A stretch of 64,000 bases of DNA, taken from the NCBI GenBank assembly GCA_002633005.1, contig NMRA01000035.1:538863-602862 (forward strand). Reading direction: 5' to 3'. Source of the stretch: Phoronis australis (lineage: Eukaryota; Animalia; Phoronida). The notes under the pieces are model-generated. The model saw only the letters and a program-made list of their open reading frames with translations, was not told the DNA's origin and searched no databases. A program made the translations under genes and the position numbers. This document shows, in pieces, positions 53,233 through 64,000 of this stretch (position 1 is the stretch's first letter; the number at the start of each line of letters is the position of its first letter).

Positions 53233-53434
53233 CACTATATCACTCACACCAGTCGAGGATCAGGCTTCGGGAATAGACACCTTACGATAATATTTAAAAC
53301 AGTAAAGGCAGCAGTCTCGTACTTGAACGGTAGATAACAGCTGGAGTCTTACAGACGATATACCTACACAAAAACCTCCAACTGAGTACCGTACAGCCCA
53401 TTAACAACGAACGCCGGTTTGTGAATGAAGTAGA

Positions 53435-53443
53435 CTTGCATCA
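53435..53443 (-). promoter_or_regulatory. Candidate C/EBP-ATF (ATF4) response element in the MTHFD2 promoter
   Basis: TGATGCAAG on the gene strand, ~200 bp upstream of the ATG, matching the CARE consensus TGATGxAAx. Confidence 0.45.
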
Positions 53444-55120
53444 TTCTTTCAATAGACACTCTCGCCATCTGACGGGCTTTTGCAGCACTATTCCGTCTCC
53501 TTGATGTCAGGGCTGACCCGTGTCAGTACAGTCAACTGAGAGTGCGTGCAGCTTCATGTTTTCTGAACTGAGTTCTATCTTAAAAAAAATAACTGTGTGA
53601 AAAAAGCACGCAATTTTATTTCAAGTTCTTCAAGAAATCTGGATGTGTACACCGATAATTTCAACTGAGCTAGTGGTGGAAGCGGAGTCGTAGCCAGAAT
53701 TGCGCGGCAATTACGTCAGTGGTTCGAATTTCTAGCACGGTGGACCTTTGATATTTTGTAACGGGATGTAATTCGAACGTAATGTGGTCCATAATGAGAC
53801 TGTTCTTGCGTTATCTTCTGCCAAACTTTCAAATCAGGCGTGCTTTCAAAAATGAGTGATTACGAAATCTCTGTACTCGTACGGAAATATTTAGTAGGAC
53901 AATGACTTGACGGAATTTTTTATCTGGTTGTATTTTTGCGTGTAACTTAAGTTGCTTACATCGCTGGAAATGGGAACAGTCTACCGTTCCAAAGGTTCAA
54001 TATTCCGAAGTTCATTACTTCGAATTAAGGTTCACTACTCCGAAGGTCTGAAAATATCTAAAATTTCGGACTCAGGCGTAATTTGATACTTCGGTTATGG
54101 CACTGAGTGGTGTACATATAATACCGAAAACAACGCCAGGGTACTAAAACACTTTGTTTGGATTTCGCCGAACACAAGGCATACGAAATTGTCCGCTTGT
54201 CTGAAAAATTAGTATGTACTTGCATTCAGTCTAATAGAATGCGAAGGAATATTGATGAATAATAAATCGCAACACATTCATCAAATCACGCAACTAAAAA
54301 GTCGCTAACCCTCAACCTCGCCCCGTAACCACGCGTAACGTAGTTAGTAGGCTACCGGTCCTCTTGCCAGTCTTCACGGTCCCTTTCAGTCTACTAAATT
54401 CAAACCGCCATTGGTCGCCGCAGTCCTGACTGACTCGCCGGTGTCCCAGACGTTGTCACTGCTTGTTATCGAAAAAGAGTCGATAGTTAGATTCAAGCAT
54501 CACCATTGACAGTAATATTGGAATTGAGCTCATTTGTAAACAATATGAACCCCTCCCCGCGGAAAACTTTGAATGTCCTGAGCCGGCCCAGCCTATCAGT
54601 TAAAGATATGATATAGATATACTAGACAATAACAACAAAATTGTTGTAGTTACTGATACTACTAACTACAACGATAATTTGCTTTTGATTCAAAGCGCTC
54701 CACGTAATCATCGGGCCGTAACCTGTCACCGCCCGAGTTTGCGTAGATGACAGGATCGTGCAGGCGATTAGAGGAGGTCTTGAATGCGCGGGGTGGCTAC
54801 CCAAGAGGATGACAAGGGGGTCTAGAAGTAAATGTCTATAGCTATCTAAGCTACATACTGGCAACGAGAGAGCTCCCAAAATTAGTGCCGTGTGAATGCC
54901 TTACAATTGACCGAGAAACAATTAGTAAAACATCATGAAATAGGTGTCTCATCTGCTAATTTTTGTTGGTATGATACTTGCTGGCATAGGAATTTTCTAA
55001 TTTCGAATTGAACGTGATACGTTGTTCATACACAGTAACCACTTTGATTTTGAATTGATGGATTGACATGTGTGTGTTTCTAGTCTTTTTAATTCAGTTC
55101 ACTGTATAGGCAGTCCCGCT

Positions 55121-55270
55121 CAGTGGCGGATTCAGGGAGAGGACCTTGGCCCCCATAAAATTCTCCCAGATTCTAATTGGCAGTTCGAGGGTGCAAATGG
55201 TCTGACGGACAAAATCCTGGCTAATACTCTGCCTTGGTACCCTTCACTCAAAACCGTGGATCCGCCCCTT
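55121..55270 (-). mobile_element. MITE, copy 3 (inverted) of the CAGGGGCGGATCC family
   Basis: Reverse complement of 11843-11997 (AAAATTCTCCCAGATT...CAAAATCCTGGCTAATACTCTGCC...GGATCCGCCCCT). Confidence 0.75.
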
Positions 55271-56035
55271 GTCCTCTTTATTGCTCAAAAACCAGACGTT
55301 TAACCCTATTTTATTGCACTGAGAAAACCCCGACGAGCACGTTCATATTAGGGAAAAGTATAAGCCTAGACCTTAGTGTTAATGGTGCACAGCCTAACAG
55401 ATTTAATACGATCAACAAACTTAATGAAAAAGATTCCCAAATCATGTCACTATTCCGAAACTTCACTACTCCGAAGATCCACTACTCCGAAGCTACTACT
55501 CCGAAGGTTTGCTACCTTCGAAAGAACACAACTTCGAATGTCCGCAACTCCGAAACCAGAACTCCGACAGTCCATTACTGTGATTGTTTACTATAATGAG
55601 TTGGAACTGACATGAATAAAGTTACGAATCTGTGTCCATTTAGTAACCATATAAAGAGTGTGCAAAAGTTGATTAGTTCTTAAAGCATTGATTGATTTTT
55701 TTTTGCAAATGAGCTCAATTTCAGTCACTGACAATCGTGATTCTTGAATCTAAATGACTACTCATTCTCAAGCAGGCACAATATTACCCTCTGACACAGC
55801 GCCACCTATACTGCAAAACTTTCGTTTAGCACTGTGATAGAGTGTAGCACAATATCTGGGGCACGGGTCAGGGCTGCGTCGACCAACGGCGTAGAAGACT
55901 AAATGGGGGACTCTGGTGTCCTAGTGAAGACTGGCAGGGACAGGGTAGACTGACTACAAACTTTAGTTTCGACCGGGCCGTGTGCGTGGTTCCGGTGGGT
56001 GAGGCTGAGGAGGCAGCGGCCCTAAACTTTCAGTC

Positions 56036-56440
56036 GTGAAATGATGCGACCATGACACGGATTTGATGAATGTTTCGTGGTTGATAATTCGTTAATATTC
56101 CTACTTCATACTCATTAAAAACTCAAGTACGCACTCATTTTCGGTATTCTTGAGACAAGCGGGCAATGTCGCATGGTAACGAAATCCAAACACTAAGTGC
56201 TTTAGTACCCTGGTGCTGTTTTCGGTATAGGTACACCTGTGAAATGATGCGATCTCGACATGGACGTGATGAATGTTTCGTGGTTGATAATTCATCAATA
56301 TTCCTACTTCATATTCTTTTGAAAATGGAAGTACATACTCATTTTTCGGTATTCGTAAGACATGCGGGCAATTCGCATGCGGCGTATGAAATCCTATGCA
56401 AACAAAGTGCTTTAGTACCCTGGAGTTGTTTTCGATGTAT
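56036..56440. repeat. Tandem duplication of a ~200-bp unit inside the right inverted arm
   Basis: GTGAAATGATGCGA...GATGAATGTTTCGTGGTTGATAATTC...AAGTGCTTTAGTACCCTGG occurs at ~56036 and again at ~56239. Confidence 0.85.
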
Positions 56441-57859
56441 GTACACCACTCAATGCATCTAATAGCCGAACTATCGTTTATTTTTGCATGTAAATGTATA
56501 AAAATTACACCCGAGTCCGAAATTTTAGAGGTTTGCGGAGTAGCGAACCTTCAAATTAGTGAACCTTGGGAATTAAGAACGGGAGTAGCAAACCTTCGGA
56601 ATATTGTTCCCATTTCCAGCGATGTAAGCAACCTAAGTAACACGCAAAAATACAACCAGATAAACAATTTCGCCAAGTCATTCTACGGCTAAATATTTCC
56701 GTCCGAATATGTAATAAGGTGTAACCACTCATTCAAGCACGCGTGCCTTGGCAGGAGGTAACGCGAGAACGTTCTCTTTCTGGATCACACATACATCCGA
56801 TTTTGAGTTCCGTTCTTTGCGAGCAACTGTTACGGCATCCATTCCTCATTTCTGGTAGCCTATTACGAATTCCGTCTTGTCTCAGGAACGTGGAGCTGAG
56901 AGTCATCGTTGTGTATACAGATTTCCCTTCCTCTCCAATCATAAGCTGCGTCAAGGGCTTTACCGAAAACTACAGTGTTGACGTGTGCAGAATCCGGTTA
57001 CAAAATGTCCACCGTTCTAGAAATTCGAACCATCCCCCACGCAATGCTGGTTACGGGCCCGCAATATTTTTTTTTGTATACTCACGGAAGTCGTAGCTGC
57101 CTAATTTGTTTCTGGTCACTTTAGTAAAAAGATGCTGCCCCCAATGATTGTGGAGAATGAGAGCTTCGGTGGAAGCTATCTCGTAACTTTTTAAAGTCGC
57201 ACATACTTTAGTAATATCAATTTGTGTAATAGTTACCACAAATACATGCGCATATCTATCTGTGTATTGAAATTACACCTTTAGAAATTTGCATTAAACG
57301 AGGTTTGACAAAACGTGACGATTTAATGGGAAAATAATGCCTAAATGGAGATGAATGCTAAAGGAATGTTCATTATAATTAACTATGACAATCACCCCCT
57401 GAATTTAACAGGAGTTCACGCTGCATCAGCCGATGCAACCATCGACATTTATGTGGATCGGTATAGGCAGTGTACATCATCTTCTCAGGGCCAACAAATC
57501 GCGAGCAAAAATGTCTGAAAAATAGAACTATCTGCAAAAATAATCAGGTACGCGGTGGTCTGCTAAAGAAGCGACTGTGCGGGCCATTGGGATTTAGTTG
57601 AAATTTCATTTGGATGCTTGGTTGGACTTCTTCACTCCATGAACGACGACGAGTTTGAGTCAGATGACACAAAGGCTAAAGCTGGTAACTCGTTGAGTGT
57701 CTTCTTACGCTTGATTTTGAGTGCCATGTTTTACGTTCTTCTGGGCCAAGTACTGCACCAATTTTCAATGTTGTTCAAGAACAGTTGCAAGAATCTTGAG
57801 AAGCAACTGTTGATCTGAACTCATTGCATCAATATCAATGAAAAGGACGGTCTATATGA

Positions 57860-57980
57860 AAGTGTAATTTTCAAGACTTAGGGGCTGACAAGCCGTTTGA
57901 AGCGTGCACCGTTGCAGAGCTCAAAATTTGATTGCGTTGGAAAAATGCAACCACGAAGGGCTTCAAACTTGATGCAAGGT
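57860..57980 (+). pseudogene. Degenerate SAP-domain-like exon remnant, possibly transposon-derived
   Basis: Reads KPFEACTVAELKI*LRWKNATTKGFKLDA followed by AG|GTAAAT. It resembles the SAP pattern (V.ELK..L..R...TKG.K.DL) but has an in-frame stop. Confidence 0.35.
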
Positions 57981-60900
57981 AAATACTTGTATTGCAGTTT
58001 TCGATCCCTTTTCACCCTATTTTGTACTTTTATTTAAATTTTGTAGAAATGCTGCTAAAACTTGACCACGATCGAAAGTCTTGAAGTTTGAAGAATTTGA
58101 AGACCATTATTTTTTAATTATACAAAAAGCAACATTTCCTGTGGTTATATAATGATAAAAATATCAATACTTTTCCCGAAGAATTTCAAGAATATTAGTT
58201 CTTTTGAAGACCGTTATCAGGAAAGCATTGTTGGTGAAGAGGTGGTTGTTCGTAAGAAACTCGACCAGACCAGGCTCTGTCTGCGGAGTCCGGCCGGCGT
58301 CTACCGGCGTCCGCCTGAATTGGCTCGTCATCACTCTAGCTCCTACAATATAGATCTAATTCAGTATTCAATATGTTGTGGCAAAAAATTAACCCTATAT
58401 TAGCATTTTTGTGCCTGCACTGTTAAGAGTAACATGTACAACAGACCACTCAGGACTTCCATTTTAAAAGGAAACTACTGCACTTTGATTAAAGTGTCTG
58501 CATACCCTGTATCCCGTCCCCCGTTTCCTGCACTATTGCCAAAATATGTATGTAGAAACTGAGCATGCCTGATGATTGCTAATTACAATAATAGTGTGGT
58601 AAATGTTTCATGAGTAGAGGTGGGAGAATCGGGAATATTTCAGAATCGATTCTGAATTGCTTATAGTGACACTGTGACTAAATACTGGCAAGGCTGATCG
58701 CTCGGCTGATAGGCAAGTAGACCGGTCCTGTTCAGTTTCTCCAGCGAACGTCTGATGGCGCTACCTTTCGGTAGCAGACGAAGATTTGCAGGCAGCCGAT
58801 GTCTGCCATTTCATGTGAGTTTTTAGTTTTTTAGCATTTGTTAACCAATTATCTCCTTATGTGTGTTAAATTTCACGTTTTGAACGAAACCACATAATTG
58901 ATTTTATTGTCTTCTAATCTATTTTGGTTCGACGATTTTCTTTACATACCTTGTCGGCGACAAGATGTCGAATCGTTCCAACACTGTTTTAATAGTTCAC
59001 AAACATTTTAGTCTAGTCTGCACGTCACCCGTTGACCACACCATGTGACCTAATTAATTATTAAACAGTGTTTCGGTATTAGTGTTAAGATAATTTTGTT
59101 TAGTACATAATACTTAATTTAGACTATGCGCTTATCTTACATAACAGTCACAGTAACTTTAAAATTACATGCACCTTTCGACGGGCGTTGGCGGAGCCTC
59201 GTGACGTTGTGATCCCATGTGACAGCACACTGTGCCAATGCTCCTGCAATGCTGATAGCTTTTTATCTCATCTGCTGTACCAAGTTCCTTTTGAAGGAAA
59301 CGTGATGCTTCCGAGCTTATGAGTATTGTCCAACAGACAAGATTCAATTCCATTTCAGATAATTGCTCAAGATGAAATTCCGAAAACGTGTTTTTTCACA
59401 AAAACGATAAAAATCCTTTTTTGAAGTTCCTTCATGCAAAAGTAGAAAAATTTAAAAACAATTCCTAAAGTGATTTAGAGAACAGTGCATAATTTCAAGT
59501 ATAATGTCTGAAAGTTTAGTATGAACCAATCAACCGTTACTGAAATATGATGTTCCAAAGTTAGCCTAATTTGGTAATTTTTCGAGCGTCCTACGAGTGA
59601 GTGGATGCATATTTTCTAGCAAACTTATAAAATGGATTTCATCCAAAGATACACTACTAATTAAATGCGTGCTCAGCTCTAAAAGTGATACTTCCTGGTG
59701 AAGTTTTGTTGAACACGGGTAGCCATGTTTCTGATGTCTGCCTCCTCCGGATTTACATCCAAAACAGCAAATTAAACGGACCAACACCAGGGTGCGCAAG
59801 TGGTGGCGATGGGGGGGCATGAAATCTGGAGCCATGGGAGGGAGGCAAAAGCTTGACAAATATGTTTTAAAAGATTGTGGATGTCGTAAAACAAAGACGG
59901 GTTTACGATTTTTGGGAAACCGTGTCGAATCCTCGTTAACAACTTAAAGTATAGTTATTAATATGAGTATGCCTTACGTACGGAGTGGACAGCAATTACA
60001 AACATGTGAGCAGCATAATAAGTGGAATACACAGGGATACATTTCTGACGTAGACAACGCTATAGCAATTAAGCGCGCACCCAGCTTTGATAATGTGTAC
60101 CTTTTACTAAGATTCACGGTGTACGTGAGAGCTATGAACTGTGCATTCGTCGAATTTTGGCAGTTCCTGCCTTCTTAGTGGATTTTTGTCTCGTTCTCTA
60201 CTTTTCCGGAGTTTTTGTTTCTCTGAGGTGGACCTTTTTACCCACTTCGCCTCATGGTGGGCTCGTTTGAGCCCTCGAGCCCTCCCNCCGAGAAAACGAG
60301 ACAAAAGTCCACTAAAAAGTAATAAACGCACAACTCACGGCTCCGAACGTGGTATCCCGTTTTTTTCCTTAGTCCTCTCGCTTTTTTGCCCACATCGTCG
60401 GAAATTCGAGCCCCCCATATTACAGGCTGGGTGCGCGCATGTTTGTTATCCGATCAAGCTGGTCACATTGTCAGAATATCATATAGAATGTCTCAATGTA
60501 CTATCTATTTGCCTGTCTATCTGTCAGCATGTCCTTCCGTGCGTGCGTCCGTCTGTCTATCTACTTACCTGTCTGTCTATTAGTATATTAAGAAGTTGCG
60601 ACGAAGGCTAAAATCTTCTCATGTAACTATAACCAAGTATGACGAATCATAGCGACTCGGTGATTTTGGTGCTGTGAAAAAAGAGTTAGTCTGACACATT
60701 TCACAATGGATGTGATAGTAATGTGCATGCGTTGTAAAAGTTTAGTAACAGAAATCGTGTCGCAGATGTGGGAGGTATAAGCTAGGAAACCAAACAAGGT
60801 TCTGTATCGACTCGCATGAGTCAGCTGTACGGATGCGTCGTGATTAAATGTTTCAATACTACGGACTCGTCAATGAGCTGATTGGGAATTAATCAAATTT

Positions 60901-61577
60901 CAACTAGAGTAGCTATGATTTAGATCTCTCATATGACCGTATAAGTGTGACTGAAAACCGTGTTTAAAAATCGTGTACTTTTAGAGCAACAGAGATAAAA
61001 ACGTCATTACATTGGACAAATTGAAGAGTAAAATCGATGTAAAACGATCAGTGTACAGACTTCGCATGCCTTCACTTGTCGCATATGTTAACGTGACCTT
61101 AGTAGTCATCATGTTAGAGAGTGGTGACTCGGTAAAATACCTTGCGTCTTGTAAAATCGACGATTTCTGATTATTAATGGCTCTTGCAACTCTTTCAAAT
61201 GAACACGAGTGACAACGTTTCTTGCTTATTCTCCACTTGTGACAGCTCTGTTTGCGATGTTTTGGTAATGAAAGTTCACCCCTGCCCGTGCATGGCAGCC
61301 ATCGTGAATGAAGCACGATTCTGTATGGCGATCGTGAACGCAAAGTTAAGCGATCGAGAACGAAGATTCTTTCTGTACAATTGGTGTTATCGATTCGTTC
61401 AATAAACGGTGTTCTGCTGTTGATAAGTTGTTTTTGTGAAGTGACATCGGTTTCATGACGTCGAGTAGTTTCAGAACAGAATGACGCTCTAAGTTGAAAT
61501 TAAAATGTCACCGGTCAGCGCCCTATTTGCCTTTCCATTACTTTCTAATATTACCTTTACCATGGTAATGCCTTCCT

Positions 61578-61664
61578 GATAATAATGATGATGATGACGA
61601 TGACGATGACGATGACGATGGTGATGGCGATGGTGATGATGATGGTGATTGTGATGATGACGAT
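61578..61664. repeat. (GAT/GAC/GGT)n trinucleotide microsatellite
   Basis: Imperfect run GATGATGACGATGAC... It produces the spurious poly-His ORF 61489-61725. Confidence 0.9.
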
Positions 61665-64000
61665 AAAACTTATTTATATCTCTTTTCATGGAGATAAACA
61701 ACAGAGTCGTTGTCTTTGCTGACACGTTTAATTAGAGACCAAACATATACTTAAAAATACAATAATCACAACCAAACACTATAAATTTTTTAATCCCTTT
61801 TAACTAAAATCAAGGAGTACTAGTCTTTGGCAGTCAATGGCAAATATCTTGCGCTGTCAATTGACATGAAGGAGAAAACCTTCCCTCATCATTGAGACAT
61901 AAAGTCAAGTTAAGCATTAAGGACCTTCATGCACTTTGAATGACTGTGGAAAACCCTTTGTCAGAAAAACAAATTCCATCATGCAGCCTATAAAGCTTTT
62001 CTTGCACTTGCACGGATAATAACAACTCGAGATGGTGTGTACATGATTAAAGTCTCGTCAAGTGCGTTATTTGTTGGTGTTTCAGTTTCCTGTTATTATT
62101 ATCACCAATCCAAGTATATTTTGCATCCTAGACCCGACTAACAGATTTCATATTGTTTAGACACAGCGCCCACTAAAAGTGCCGAAGGTGGCTACTTAAT
62201 TACACCCAAACTGTTTTACGAACCATTTTTATAACGAGGTTCGTGTTTACAGTTGTCTGAGTACTGATTAGGCTAATTGCCACGGTGTAATGTGACCGCC
62301 GAGGTCGAGGGTCAGAATACGACTTTGAATGCATTCTAAACAAAGCCACGTGGAATTATTTATGTCATTCAAATAATGATTTACAAAAAATCGACGTTAA
62401 GACACTTTAGGTCAGCTTGTAGATGGTCAGTTCAAGCCATAGGTGACTGAAGACAACGTTTTAATATTATTCCACTAAGTTGTATTAATATTTTCTATTC
62501 ACTGTGAACTAATTTCCGGCCATCAACAGCTTCTCGTAATTCTTACACTGTATTATTTTAGAGCCGTTGTAAACACTTTGTTTGCGTTTTGTAAAAAAAA
62601 TAATTAAAGCGCAGCACTCTTATCGTTCTGTTCTAAATATCTCGTCACACTGAACTGCCAAATTGAAGCCTTGAAGTGTAATCAAGACACCAAGAATGCA
62701 AAACGACAGTCTTTTTTCTTTTACTATCACACTTTTGTCAAAAGTTACCACACTGAATTTTATCTTCAGGAACAAATTTTTACCTTATACTTCAAAGGGG
62801 ACACGCTCTCCGTGGGCCAAAATTTATGTCATTGTAATCATGTTCCCAGTGTATTTATGCGATCTAAACGTGCTTCAAAACACTAGCATTGAGCGCCACT
62901 ACGCCGTGAGCAATATTTTTTTCATAGTTGATGAAGCATGCGTTACACAAGGAAGACTTTTATCTTCCTGTTTACAGCAATAAAACTAAAATAGAATCCT
63001 GCAATTTCAAGGGACGTTGTCGGCTTTACGCCGGCCGAAAAACGCATTTTTATTATTGTTTGAAGAATACTAGACGTCTTGCAGTTATTAGTTTTGACCA
63101 GTGGCTGTAATATAATCTTTTTACTCGAAACTGAACTCGGTATTATTTTTAACATTTTTCGTTCTACTTTGGTATGAATACAAGATAAGTGCATATTATT
63201 CTGAGCATGGTTTACATGGATGACTTGCATGTAATCCTATTTTGCATTTGATAACCCCCGTATTGAAGTCGAGTCTGGAATTTCGAGTGTTTACTGGAGT
63301 TTGCACCTCGAATCTAGGGGTTATCAAATGCGAATTTGAATGCAGGGTAGTTTTCTTAGTCCATCATGATGATAGACTCAAACGGAGAATAATAAATAAT
63401 TATCCAAAGTTGCTAACGAAGGAGAATTGTAATAAATTTTCAAGTTCCATTCAGTTTCGAATAAAAAATTAGACCCCGGGCCTGAGCTGTAAAGCAACAA
63501 AGACGCTATTATAATTATTATTATTATTGTTATCTTAGTACAAATCGCCAATTCTTGCCTTTGTCTATTATACAACCACTGAAATCGAGACTGGCTACTA
63601 CTGCTTAAATCACAATGTTATAATTATGGAATGGAGTCGAGCTCTGCCAGCAGCCGGAGCGTTTGGTAGTGACTGTGATTGCAGGTTCGATTCCACGCTG
63701 AGGCTATCTCAGCAAATCACGTTACTCGACGATAATATCCCTTTGAAAAGTATGAAAAAATCTGCTATCAAAATATTATGCTTTTTTGAGTGGATGTTGC
63801 GCTCATAGCGATTTCTTGGCAGTGTATGTTATCAATTAAGTTTATAAAATGAAACAATTTATTAACAAATCCTTAAACTACACCCCAGGTCTGTTTCATG
63901 AAATCGATTTAAGACAAAAGTTTGGCGGTTACGCTCCCACCTTGCTGTTGCGGAAGAAAAGCTTAGACAAGTAAGTATAAGTGGATCACAGTCTAGAAAT

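Larger units (their letters stand above)
53682..57062. repeat. Large diverged inverted duplication (arms ~53682-54460 and ~55850-57062)
   Basis: Collinear reverse-complement blocks pair 53721-53765 with 56995-57030, 53880-54000 with 56590-56705, 54100-54167 with 56390-56456, 54245-54290 with 56060-56105, and 54310-54430 with 55865-56012. Confidence 0.85.

Noticed and set aside
61489-61725. Poly-histidine protein
   Set aside because: Translation of a (GAT/GAC)n microsatellite.
63640-63710. tRNA gene (GGTTCGATTCC B-box); similar B-box-like hit at ~49110
   Set aside because: I could not fold a cloverleaf with paired acceptor and anticodon stems. At most these are degenerate tRNA-derived SINE heads, and tRNAscan-SE would settle it.

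Overview
AT-rich DNA from an intron-containing animal genome, most likely a marine invertebrate (inferred from gene content and repeat types; the species cannot be determined here). I assembled five protein-coding genes by hand from GT-AG splice sites and reading-frame phase. (1) The 5' four exons of a minus-strand gene with a calycin/lipocalin-like N-terminus, continuing off the left edge. (2) An 8-exon secreted trypsin-fold pseudo-protease with two defensin-like six-Cys modules. (3) A 2-exon gene with a Gypsy-type integrase zinc-binding (HHCC) domain but no catalytic core. (4) A single-ORF ~1240-aa acidic repetitive protein that looks like an in-frame head-to-tail self-duplication. (5) A complete 6-exon MTHFD2-type mitochondrial folate enzyme. 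The rest holds decayed LINEs (Tx1/L1-like, RTE-X-like, L2/CR1-group), several MITE families, minisatellites including a perfect 12x48-bp array, a ~3.4-kb diverged inverted duplication just upstream of MTHFD2, and a probable haplotype-duplication artefact at an N. No CRISPR array, rRNA or convincing tRNA was found. Most short ORFs in the supplied track are spurious.
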